A stretch of DNA of 61,695 bases, the filler included, from Basidiobolus meristosporus CBS 931.73 (lineage: Eukaryota > Fungi > Basidiobolomycota), in assembly GCA_002104905.1 (NCBI GenBank). It is 4 parts of 4 records of this genome, joined end to end, with 100 filler letters (N's around TTAATTAATTAA, not from the genome) between each part and the next. Parts side by side here need not be neighbours in the genome. Positions count along the whole stretch, not along the records: positions 47,968 to 61,695 come from MCFE01001196.1; 3 more parts are not named here. One strand, written 5' to 3'. Numbering within the stretch: the first letter of the stretch is position 1; every line of letters begins with the position of its first letter. Shown piece by piece: positions 51,082 to 61,695 of this stretch. The notes under the pieces are model-generated. The model worked only from the letters and a program-made list of their open reading frames with translations. It ran no database searches and was not told the DNA's origin. The translations under genes and the position numbers were made by a program.

Positions 51082-52110
51082 TGTTATGGTGGTGTATAAT
51101 TTGAAGGGAGTAATTTGTCCAATACTTCTCAAGTGCTTTGTGTGTGGGGTGCTCACCAGGAGCACTAACCTCTGGCAAAAGCTAGCTAGGAATACTTGGG
51201 TTTTGGATCTACTCTGAGGTGAAGGGGAATAAAGCCAAAAGCTTGTCAAGGGAAAGCTATTGAGCTACAATCCCCAGCTTAATGGGTGTCTTAACAAAAG
51301 TATATGCAGGGTTCAGCATCCATTGAGACAACAATGTACTAAAGTTTCAAAAGTCAAGACAAATGTAAACTCCACCAGCAGGGGCTTGATAAGAATGCAG
51401 CTGTGGTCAATAGTTACAAAGACAGAAAAGTATCTTTGTCTGTACAGGAACAAACTTGGGAAAAAGTTAAATATAATAAAAGATAACTACTCTGAGTATT
51501 CCTCACAAGCAGTGCTTCCATATTCAGTTGGCTGGTCCTGTTGTTTAGGATCAGAAGTTCAGGTAACAGTAGGTGGCAGTGATCACGCTAATCAACTAGT
51601 TGGTATATTGATGAAAAGGGATAATGATTTATGTTGAGGGATTGCTTCCCTTATATACTTTTCTCACTGGCTTAGTGATTACTAGTAATGGAGTTCCAGA
51701 AGGTTCCAAAGATCTATAAATATTTTAATGACATCAGAAAGAGCTAAGAATGTTCTTAGTAGGGGTCAGAAGGTTCTAAGAGGCACAGCACATCCAACCA
51801 ATCTGGAATCAGTATTCTGAGGCCTGAATAACATTGGAATACCAAATCTGGGATGAACATGGTAGGGATGGTAACATGACTTTGTCATGTGTCATAGGCA
51901 CTGAGGGGGGCACTTGCCCAGTATAGAAGCACTTACATCAAGTAATCTTACATAAAGTTAGGGACAACTTATGCAAGGTATGATAGTTAGCCTGCATATG
52001 GGATGGTGCTGATCAAAGTAAGTCAATTGGGATACAACTGAAATAAGGGTAGTAGAAGAATAAGGAAGTAGAAAATATGGGAATGAGCACATCTGTCAGT
52101 AAGTGTCATC
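51082..52110 (-). mobile_element. Gypsy LTR homologous to 11734-12505, with extra internal sequence (~51535-51860)
   Basis: Long collinear matches, e.g. CTTGTCAAGGGAAA, TATTGAGCTACAATCC, CTACTCTGAGTATTCCTCACAAG, GGGAATGAGCACATCTG. Confidence 0.8.
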
Positions 52111-54659
52111 ATGACCCTATTACCACATGATATATTAGAAGAGCTAAGTGGCTTCCAAGAGCAACATGCACAGGACTCATCAGGGCAACAGTTCAAAAGT
52201 ATCAGACAAATGGTAAGTGTATACCTTGAAAATGAAAAGCAACTGCATCTAGATTGCACCTGCACACCTTGCAAGATTCCTTACCATCTCCTGCAACATC
52301 AGTGTGCTGGTGCACATAAGTCCAATATATGCCAATATCCTTCACAAGAGTGCCCTGCATCAAGTCAACATGCATCTGATCAATATGTGCGCTTCAGAGC
52401 AAAACTACCAGAACTCATCAAACTGCTGATTTAGACACAAGTCCATTGGAGTTGGCTGAGTTGCATCAACATGTGGCACTTCAGGCTGGTTCTGTTATAT
52501 CATCTGGAGCAACTGAGCATGGCCAAGATCCAGCATTGCACTTGTCAACTAGGAGGCAAAATACTGACTACAGGTACATAAGTAGCCAAGATCATAGTCA
52601 ACAAGGAAGTAGTTCAGGTGTGCCAAGTGAATTACTAACCAAATGCTTCAGTAGTAATCCCAGTGTGAAATAAACCTAGGAAAAGATGATGCAACTGCAT
52701 TGAACTGTTACCATTTGTCATGATCCAAATAACACTTTTCCTGCAACCCAAATCAAGCCATTACATATCAGTGATCACTAAGCTTTGTTATCAGCAACAT
52801 CAAGGTTGTCTCACATTTGAGACAGAGCCACTATCATAAGTTCCCTGCATATATATACATCATTTGTAGCACCAGTGTAGCTACTTGTTTTGATTTGCAC
52901 CTACACAATTGGTTGCATGCTTGCTATGACACCTTGTCCAATCACTAAAACTGGGCATTTACTTGCTCAATGAGCAAAATGGGATATTTGATGGCAAAGC
53001 AGGTAACTTCTGAGTTGGTCAATGAGCCAATTGGGGGCTAACAGCTTCTGGATATTTTTGAACCAATTAGCCATTGACATACTATCTAATTGGAGTGATG
53101 GTAGACAAAATGTTAAGTATTAATGTAGTTTATAGTTTGATACACATTTATTTCCATTTACATTGAGAAAAGCATCCAAATACTGAGCTTTACCTACTAC
53201 AATAATGGTATCCAGTTGCGCACATGATGCAAACATTACAAGTTGGCACAATCATTGTGCCAACTCCATTGTGTCAGGTTGTGCCAAAGTGCGCAAGATT
53301 ATACCACATAGTGCAAAAATATTCAGGTGTGATCCTGCCCACTGGTAGCTAAAATCCCTCACCTAGCTGTTCTTTCAACTGCAGATTGCACCATGCACCC
53401 TGGCACAGTACAACAGCACAGATCCACTATTCAGGGTAAACAGCATATAGAAGTAATACCTTTACACTGCCAAGTATTTCACTGCTACTTTGACTGATTA
53501 CTTCTTGTAGGGTACCCCATTTTCTCCTTGATGAGTGCTATACTAACGCATCCATATTTGCTGCTTCTCTGTGGTAATGGAAAGTATTCAATTACTACAA
53601 TATCTCAAAACCAATATTGCACTCATTACTTTATTTTGCTTTTGCTTTTGTAGCACACAGGTGAAAGATCAAGAATATACAACTCTGAAGAGCAAATAAT
53701 CCAGACCCTGACAAGCAATCCACCCGAGAGTTTAATGTCACACAGAGCATGTAGTAGCCAACACATGTTTTAAATTACAGCTCATTTGAAGCAGTACTTA
53801 AGGAGTTATGACCAAAAGAGTCCAATTATTATATGTACTAGGTCTCTATTGCTAGGATTACTATGGTGACTTTGATTGTGTGTAACTTCTGAATCAGCCA
53901 ATCAAATCTTGTAATATTCTTACAGGTGCTGCGCCTATGTCCAATCTGTGCTACTGCTAAATTTTAGCTTTGTTTCATGTGGATTGCTTGCGTAATTGCC
54001 CAAAAACTTTGATCTCACAGAAATTTCATATATATGACTTCCCCTGCTGAAAAATAAAGTAGAGCCTCTCTTTCCAGACTCTCCACACTACAATTACAAG
54101 TTTAAAGGTTATAAGACTTCCCCTGCATCACTTGCACTGTTGAGTATTCTGACTTTGATTGGTACTACATCAGTAAAGAGACTGCAAAGCTCACAAGAAT
54201 CCATTCTAAGTTCTGCAAGAAACTACCACTTTTCTGTTGGAAAAGTCCCCTCTAAGAAGCGCCTTCACTCTAAAGACACCCCTTTAGACACCCCATTAGG
54301 TATAAAGACCCCTTTAGAGACTTCTACTACATACCCCTTTAGGTTAAAGGGGAGTTCTGAATTTCCGTATTAGGAAATATTTTCTCAGAAAGGAAAGTGA
54401 CTTCCAAAAGAGGAAACATTGCTATAAAAGTAAATAAGCCCATCAGTCAACAGAAGGTCAGAACACTGCTTTAGAAGTGACAAATACTGCCTATAGTATA
54501 TTTTGAGCCTAAAACTGAGGATATTAGTGAAAGTTATATCTTCTATTGGTATATCAAACTCCTTATAGAATATTTCAGTATTGGCATACTGGAAGTTGTT
54601 GTATTTTGTTGATTAGCCTCTGAATTGTAGAAAAGGCCCCAAACTAATCATAATACAAC

Positions 54660-55220
54660 ACAAAACTTCCCTTACCACACTCTTCTGGCAACCTGACATG
54701 GCTTTGGCACTTCTTTAGAACTTCCAGTCCTGATTGTGACAGGCTGCTGAGAAAGCCTCATGTGTTTATCACTGTTAAGTCCTTCACTGTTACTATGACT
54801 GAGTACTTCTTGTATTGTACTACATTTCTCCTTGAAAAATGCTGCACTGATGCATCTGTTTCTGCCTGCCTGTCCCATACTGGTGATCATCTAGCTACCT
54901 GATGGTTCTTTGCTGCTTGTCCGGAGCTTTTAGCCATGCTTGTGAGGAAACTACTGGTTTTTGGTTGTGGCACCCTTACTTTTCTGCCTTTGATAGTTTC
55001 TGCTAACCATGAGATACTTTCTCAGCATTTAAAGCTGGCCCAAAATACATTTGCTTGCTTGAATCCAGGATAATGCACATGGGACAAGTCAAGCACATTC
55101 TGCTTGATCTTCAGTTCATGATGATCCCATGATGCGCTGGCCTTAAGGTAATACTGTGCTAGACTTCTAACAGCTTCTTTGATATTAACCCATGCTTCAT
55201 CATTGGACACAACAGCTTCA
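54660..55220 (-). pseudogene. Degenerate repeat-containing ORF downstream of gypsy integrase
   Basis: Homologous to 11040-11730; repeat copies ~207 bp apart (54680, ~54887). Confidence 0.5.
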
Positions 55221-55632
55221 CAGATCTTCAAACTAGTTGGTAAGTTGCAAATGGACATTCTCTGATGCTCTTGAATGGTCCTGTCCATTGTGGCTCAAAC
55301 TTCTTCTGAGTGCTGCTTTTTAGCAATACAAAGTTCCCAACTGTCAATGCTTCTGGTGCTATAGTCTTATCAAATCTCTGCTTCATCTTTTCTGCACTTT
55401 GAGATACTTTGGTCTGTGCCTCTTGACGTCTTTGTTCCAGTTGCTGGTGTCTACTTGGCTGTCTGAGGTCATCTTCTAAGGCATCTGTAAGCTTGGGTTG
55501 TGTGAGATCTCCTGGAATCCTTGGTTCACATCCATGCACTAAGTAAAATGGTGATTGCTGGGTGGTGTTGTGTACTCTGACTCTGCATGCAAAGAGTGCT
55601 TGGTCTATATACTCATCCAATCTACTGACAAC

Positions 55633-58600
55633 TGTTGAAATATTGGACTATTTGATATCATTCAGCAGCTAAAAATTTACTTAACAATTCTAGGCTAGTC
55701 TTAGTCACTGTAGGACTAATTTACTGCCTTAACTTTGCCACTTTCTCCAGATATATGATCTTATGATTATTCCCTTATAGTCAGGATTAAATTAGCACTA
55801 TTACCAAACATTATGTACTAACCCTGAAACTGTTACAGAATGCTCCTGAATATTGAGAAACCCTCCCTACTTAGTGTTGCAGCTGTATTACTTCTACAAA
55901 GGTATAAATACTGAGCTTCTTTATGAATAAACAACAGTTCAACTATTATCACTATTTCTTGATAAGTTCCTTATATCCAAATCACTACTTAAATTGCAAC
56001 AGGTTATGAGCCCCAATTGCCTTAATCTATTCTAAAGATGACTTCTACCAGCAAACAAAGCAATACCAACATCTTCCCTGTAAAGGAGAGGTTTGATGGG
56101 AAAAACTACAGACTTTGGAGAATCAAGATGCAGATCCACCTTGAGGAAAGAAAGCTTTGGAGCATAGTAACAGGAAAGGAAGTTGAGCCCAAAGGAACAG
56201 CAGAAGATGTGGAGAAGTTTCAAGAGAAGGAGAGAAAGGCCTTCAATGCCATATGCATCAATGTGCAAGACTCCTTCATTGGACAAATCCATGCCTCAAA
56301 TACTGCCAAAGCAGCATGGGAATCCTTAGAGAAGATCTTTAGAGCAAAGTCAGTATCAAGCAAGCTTTATTTGATACAAAAGTTCTTCAACATGAGAAAA
56401 AAGCCAGATGATGACATGCTACAACTCATTACCAGAATGAAGACACTTGCTGAAGAACTTTACAGTATTAATGCTGGTGTAGATGATGAAGAAAAGATAC
56501 TCTGTCTGCTTTGCAGCCTACCAGACGAGTATGAGCCACTCATACTTTCTTTTGAAAGCAGAGAAGACAACTTGACTTTAGACTATGTCAAAGGAAGACT
56601 TCTCCATGAAGAACTCAGACGTAATGATCAAGCAGAGAAAATTGAAGATAATGCTTTATTCAGCTCAGAAAGGCATACAGAAAAGAAGGGAAAGCAACAA
56701 AACCAAAGAGAACCTGGCTGCTGTAACTACTGTAAGAAGCCAGGACACTGGGCAAGAGAATGCAAGAAGAAACAAGCAGACGAAAAACAGAAACTAGAGC
56801 AGGCAAACCATATAACTACTGATGAACAGCTATTTGTCACTGTACAAGAGAGTGCAAGTAACCAAAGTAATGAATGGTATATTGACTCTGGAGCATCACA
56901 GCATATTTGTGGTATAAAGGATTGGTTCAGCAACTTAAAGACTATTCCCGTAAGAAAGGTTTATCTGGGAGATAACTCTGCATTGAAAGCTACCGTCAGT
57001 GGGTCCATACAACTAAATATGAGTGATAACTCAGGGGCAACAACAGCAAAACTGACTGACGTACTCTATGTACCTGGAATAGCTAAGAACCTACTCTCAG
57101 TCAGTAAAGCAACTACTCAGGGACTGAAATTTGTTTTTACTAAGCTGAGCTGCTCAATATTGAGTGAAAATGGACAAAAATTAGCTTTGGGAATCAGAGA
57201 TCACAATATATACAAGTTACAATGCAAGATCATTGTACCTGAGTATGTCAACATTGCTGAAACTGATGAAACCAACTGGGAGACATGGCATAGGAGGCTA
57301 GGACACATAGTGGAACAGAAAATGAGCCAATTGGTGAAAAATCAGCTTGTTTTGGGCCTAAAATACTCAATCCCAATCAAGTTGAATGTTTGTAAGGGAT
57401 GTTCATATGGCAAACAAGCTAGGCAACGTTTCAAGAGCTCAGAAGGCATCAATACCACCAAAATATTGGCTATTGTACACTCAGACATATGTGGCCCCAT
57501 GAGAACACTGTCCTTTGGAGCCAAGAGATACTTTATGACGTTTATTGATGACAAGACAAGATATACATGGGTGTACTTCCTCAAAACAAAGGATGAAGCT
57601 TTAGAGACGTTCAAGCACTTCAAGAACATGGCAGAAACACAAACTGGGTGTAAATTGAAGGTACTACAAAGTGACAATGGAGGAGAATACCGCTCAAAGG
57701 AGTTTGCAAAATACTGCTTGTCTACTGGTATACTTCAACAAACCACAGTTCCTCATACTCCACAGCAAAATGGAGTAGCAGAACGTGCAAACAGAACAAT
57801 AGTAGAGATGGGAAGATCTATGCTACATGATAAGGGAATGGACTACAAGTTTTGGGCTGAATCTGTTGCTACTGCTGTATACATCAAGAACAGATGTCCA
57901 ACAACAGCACTACGTGATTCTACACCCTTTGAAGCATATACAGGCAAAAAACCAGATCTCCAGCACCTCAGGATCTTTGGCAGTGATGTTTTTTATCACA
58001 TCCCTGACAAAAAACGCTCAAAGTTGGAACCAAAGAGTAGAAAAGGGATCTTTCTTAGGTATTGTGAAGATGCTAAAGGGTATAGAGTGTATGATGGCAA
58101 AATTCTGAAGCTGATCAAGAGCAGGGACGTTGTATTTGAGGAGAATTCAGATCAGAAAGCCACAGAAATCATTGGCCAGCTGCCTGATGATGCAATCAAC
58201 ACAAATGAAGAAGATACGTACCAAATTCAGCCAGAGATGGAAGATACTTCTACCAGTTCCAGATCAGAACAGATTATCCCAGTTAGGAGATCTACCAGAA
58301 TAAGAAATGCCCCTGGATCCTGGTGGCAGACATCCAATGATCATGAAGAAGCTTATCTTGCCTTATGTGCCAAACCTCAGAATCTGGAACAGGAAATGCA
58401 AGGTCCAGATGCTACTAAGTGGCAACAAGCCATGCAGGAGGAGTACCAATCACTGATCAAGGCAAAAACGTGGGAACTGGTAGATTTACCAAATGGGAGA
58501 AAGCCAATAGGATGTAGATGGGTCTACAAGATCAAGATAACCTCAAATGGTGCCATTGATAAGTACAAGGCTAGATTGGTAGCTAAAGGCTATTCCCAGA

Positions 58601-60318
58601 TCCAGGGACTAGACTTTAAGGAAACATTTGCTCTGGTTGCCAAGTTTAACTCTATTAGGACAGTTCTAGCCCTGGCAGCTGTACACAGTCTAGATCTACA
58701 CCAAATGGACGTCAAAACAGCCTTTCTAAATGGGGATTTGCAAGAAACTATATATATGGAGCAACCAGAAGGTTTTACCGATCCAAAAAGCCCCCATAAG
58801 GTGTGCAAACTTAGAAAATTGTTGTATGGGCTTAAGCAGGCACCCAGAGCATGGTATAACAAGATTGACACATATCTAGAGGAAATTGGGTTCTCTTGTA
58901 GCACTGCAGATCACAGTATATATGTGAAACAGCTCAAAAAGGGTGTGATCATCCTAGTTCTTTATGTGGACGACCTAATTATAGCTACAAGTGATCAAGA
59001 GGCACTTAAACAGACAAAATCAGATCTCTTCAGCAAGTTTGAGATGAAAGATCTTGGAAAATTGAGCTATTTTCTTGGAATTGAGGTCAAATTTGACATA
59101 CCTACGCAGAAAATTGTGCTGAATCAGTCTAAGTACATCCGGGACATTCTTAGACGCTTCAAAATGGAAAATTGCAAACCTGCAGCAACCCCTATGGACA
59201 ATAACCTGAAATTAAGCAAATCTCAGCCAGTTATAGATGAAAACGGCTCAAATATGGACCAAAACTTTCCCTATCAATCAATGGTCGGTAGCCTAATGTA
59301 CTTGATGGTGTCTACATGTCCAGATATTGCAGTAGCAGTTGGAATAGTCAGTCAATTCATGCAGAATTATGGATCAGATCAAATTGCAGCAGTTAAGCGG
59401 ATTTTCAGATATCTACAAGGTACCATAAATATAGTACTGGAATACTCTGGAGCAGCAAATAGGCAAAAATTTGATGGTTATAGTGATTCAGATTGGGGTA
59501 GGGATTTGATTGACAGACGCTCTACCACAGGCTATGTATTTCTTTATGCTGGTGCAGCTATTACTTGGAATTGCAAGAAACAACCAACTGTGGCACTATC
59601 TACAACTGAAGCCAAATATATGGCTGCATGTCAAGCAACTAAGGAGGCTATATGGCTACAAAAATTATTCAAAGACTTAGGTTTTAATTCAGGTGAACCA
59701 ACATGTATTTACAAGGATAATCAAAGTTGTATTTCATTAGCTAGAAATCCTACTAATCATGCCAGAACTAAGCACATTGATATACAGCATCACTTTGTGA
59801 GGGAAGCTGTAGAAAATAACTTAGTGGAGCTGGTTTACTGCCCAACTGACAAAATGGTGGCAGACATATTGACAAAACCACTAGCTAGGCCACAGTTTGA
59901 GATCCTTAGAGAGAAATTGGGATTAAGAAATTATTTAGTTGAGGGGGAGTGTTGAAATATTGGACTATTTGGTATCATTCAGCAGCTAAATATTTACTTA
60001 ACAATTCTAGGCTAGTCTTAGTCACTGTAGGACTCATTTACTGCCTTAACTTTGCCACTTTCTCCAGATATATGATCTTATGATTATTCCCCTATAGTCA
60101 GGATCAAATTAGCACTATTACCAAACATTATGTACTAACCCTGAAACTGTTACAGAATGCTCCTGAATATTGAGAAACCCTCCCTACTTAGTGTTGCAGC
60201 TGTATTACGTCTACAAAGGTATAAATACTGAGCTTCTTTATGAATAAACAACAGTTCAACTATTATCACTATTTCTTGATAAGTTCCTTATATCCAAATC
60301 ACTTCTTAAATTGCAACA
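55633..60318 (+). mobile_element. Full-length Ty1/copia element, family B
   Basis: LTRs 55633-56001 and 59950-60318 (369 bp, ~7 differences by eye), perfect TSD ACAAC, PBS GGTTATGAGCCC at 56002, PPT GAGGGGGAG. Confidence 0.99.
56038..59955 (+). CDS. Copia gag-pol polyprotein (1305 aa, single ORF)
   Basis: CNYCKKPGHWAREC, WYIDSGAS, WHRRLGH...[42 protein letters not shown]; stop lies inside the 3' LTR. Confidence 0.97.
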   Translation: MTSTSKQSNTNIFPVKERFDGKNYRLWRIKMQIHLEERKLWSIVTGKEVEPKGTAEDVEKFQEKERKAFNAICINVQDSFIGQIHASNTAKAAWESLEKIFRAKSVSSKLYLIQKFFNMRKKPDDDMLQLITRMKTLAEELYSINAGVDDEEKILCLLCSLPDEYEPLILSFESREDNLTLDYVKGRLLHEELRRNDQAEKIEDNALFSSERHTEKKGKQQNQREPGCCNYCKKPGHWARECKKKQADEKQKLEQANHITTDEQLFVTVQESASNQSNEWYIDSGASQHICGIKDWFSNLKTIPVRKVYLGDNSALKATVSGSIQLNMSDNSGATTAKLTDVLYVPGIAKNLLSVSKATTQGLKFVFTKLSCSILSENGQKLALGIRDHNIYKLQCKIIVPEYVNIAETDETNWETWHRRLGHIVEQKMSQLVKNQLVLGLKYSIPIKLNVCKGCSYGKQARQRFKSSEGINTTKILAIVHSDICGPMRTLSFGAKRYFMTFIDDKTRYTWVYFLKTKDEALETFKHFKNMAETQTGCKLKVLQSDNGGEYRSKEFAKYCLSTGILQQTTVPHTPQQNGVAERANRTIVEMGRSMLHDKGMDYKFWAESVATAVYIKNRCPTTALRDSTPFEAYTGKKPDLQHLRIFGSDVFYHIPDKKRSKLEPKSRKGIFLRYCEDAKGYRVYDGKILKLIKSRDVVFEENSDQKATEIIGQLPDDAINTNEEDTYQIQPEMEDTSTSSRSEQIIPVRRSTRIRNAPGSWWQTSNDHEEAYLALCAKPQNLEQEMQGPDATKWQQAMQEEYQSLIKAKTWELVDLPNGRKPIGCRWVYKIKITSNGAIDKYKARLVAKGYSQIQGLDFKETFALVAKFNSIRTVLALAAVHSLDLHQMDVKTAFLNGDLQETIYMEQPEGFTDPKSPHKVCKLRKLLYGLKQAPRAWYNKIDTYLEEIGFSCSTADHSIYVKQLKKGVIILVLYVDDLIIATSDQEALKQTKSDLFSKFEMKDLGKLSYFLGIEVKFDIPTQKIVLNQSKYIRDILRRFKMENCKPAATPMDNNLKLSKSQPVIDENGSNMDQNFPYQSMVGSLMYLMVSTCPDIAVAVGIVSQFMQNYGSDQIAAVKRIFRYLQGTINIVLEYSGAANRQKFDGYSDSDWGRDLIDRRSTTGYVFLYAGAAITWNCKKQPTVALSTTEAKYMAACQATKEAIWLQKLFKDLGFNSGEPTCIYKDNQSCISLARNPTNHARTKHIDIQHHFVREAVENNLVELVYCPTDKMVADILTKPLARPQFEILREKLGLRNYLVEGEC

Positions 60319-61695
60319 ACAACTCCATTTGCATACTTGGTCAGCATTTTTCCAAATAATCCATTAAACCACTCAGTGACTCCATTAGTTCTGGGGTGAT
60401 ATGCTGAGGTTTTCAAGTGTCTGATCTGCTGCATTTCCAGGTAAGCCTCTAATGTCTTTGCCATAAAGTTTGCTCCTCTATCAGAAAAGATCTCCACAGG
60501 GCATCCAAACTTCATAAGGATCTCATGGTAAATGAAACTTGCAACTTCTTGTTCACTGGCTATTGGTACAGCTTTAGCAACTGGCCATTTAGTGGCATGG
60601 TCAACTGCTACTAGGATCCAATGGTTGCATTTCCTGGTAGTTGGCAGTCTTCCAATAAAGTCAATTCCCCATCTCTCAAATGGTCTTACAGGCTCCAAAG
60701 GGAAGAGTTTGGCAATTCTTTGTGGCTGGCCTTGATTGATTTGGCAGTTTGGGCATGTTTTTACTAGCTTCTCAATGTCTTGTTTCATTCTAGGCCACCA
60801 TGCTCTGGCTTTCACAAGACTATAGGTTTCCTCAATTCCAAGATGTCCATATCCATTGTGTAGCTTATGTATTAAATCCAGGCAAGAAACATAAGGGCAA
60901 TAGGCAATAGGGCTTCCATCAACAATTTGGTAGAGTGTTTCATCCTGTACTACAAATTTGCTGGCTTCATCACGGATTATCTTCTTGATATATTCATCCA
61001 CCTCATTAGGAATGGCTTGGTCCTCCAAGTGCTTTGGTAATAGGCTAGGCCAATCTGATTCATGCACCAAGTTAAGTTGTGCAACTTGATCTAATCTTGA
61101 TAATGCATCAGCAACCGTGTTGTTTTTTCCAGGGCAGTAGACAATCTTCAGGTCAAATTACTGAATGTATTCACTCCATCCTGTCATTCTTCTAGAGAAT
61201 ACCTTCTGAGTAAATATATATTTGAGGGAGGCATGATCAGTCTTCACAGTGCATTTGACTCCTTCAATATAGCATCTCCATGTCTTCAAACAGTGTATTA
61301 TAGCAAGCATCTCCTTCTCATGAACTGGATAGTTTTGTTCTGCTGAGTTCAGTTTCTTGGATTCAAAGGCAACAGGGTAGTCCTTTCCCTTGCGTTCTTG
61401 GCTCAGCACTCCACCAATTGCATAATCTCAAGCATCTGTGCACAGAGTGAACTCTTTTCTGAAGTATGGTATTCTTAAGCTTGGCAGCTTAGCAAGTTCA
61501 TTCTTGAGCGTCTGGAAGGCAGTCTCACAAGCTATGTCTCACTTGTTGGTATTGTCTTTCATGAGGATATCAGTTAAAGGGGCTGCAATACTTGCAAATG
61601 ACTTGACAAATCTCCAATAATAGGAAACCATTCCAAGGAAGGATCTGAGTTCTGATATGCTATGGGGCTGCTTCAAATTCTTGACTACTTCCACC

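Larger units (their letters stand above)
55228..61695 (-). mobile_element. Degenerate Ty3/gypsy pol (RT connection, RNase H, integrase), split by copia B
   Basis: LRSFLGMVSYY, QNYPVHEKEMLAI, FERWGIDFIG, SDRGANF, YHPRTNG, WTGPF; RT-RH-IN order; integrase frame rejoins across the ACAAC TSD; several stops. Confidence 0.95.

Noticed and set aside
1-61695. rRNA, tRNA or snRNA genes
   Set aside because: No recognisable conserved sequence seen; the PBS motifs are tRNA complements, not genes. A tRNAscan-SE/Infernal run would be needed to exclude divergent RNAs

Overview
Eukaryotic, repeat-dense, heterochromatin-like DNA; a fungus is the best inference, but the taxon cannot be established from sequence alone. 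The window is four contigs joined by 100-bp artificial gaps (N44-TTAATTAATTAA-N44). Most of it is nested transposons. There are at least seven copies of a Ty1/copia family (A, ~349-bp LTRs) and one ORF-intact copia of a second family (B, 369-bp LTRs, 1305-aa polyprotein). Both families carry a Ty5/copia-type half-tRNAiMet primer site. Also present are TSD-flanked solo LTRs, Ty3/gypsy relics, a CACTA-like transposase relic and a 732-bp foldback (palindromic) element nested in copia RT. A ~7.5-kb array of a 34-bp satellite with higher-order repeats is interrupted at its left edge by a full-length copia. The only clear host genes lie in a CpG-retaining island at 13-17 kb. They are two tandem, intronless genes for secreted precursors (signal peptide, pro-region, acidic spacer, then a 48-aa Gly/Tyr/Arg/Trp domain ending GGCDWGC) whose C-terminal domain is under evident purifying selection. 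A diverged, splice-donor-rich direct repeat flanks the pair. This peptide pair is the best candidate for an undescribed system. Secondary leads are a frameshift shared by four family-A copies, a Ty5-like LISSPP motif, the foldback element, and pervasive CpG decay in repeats.
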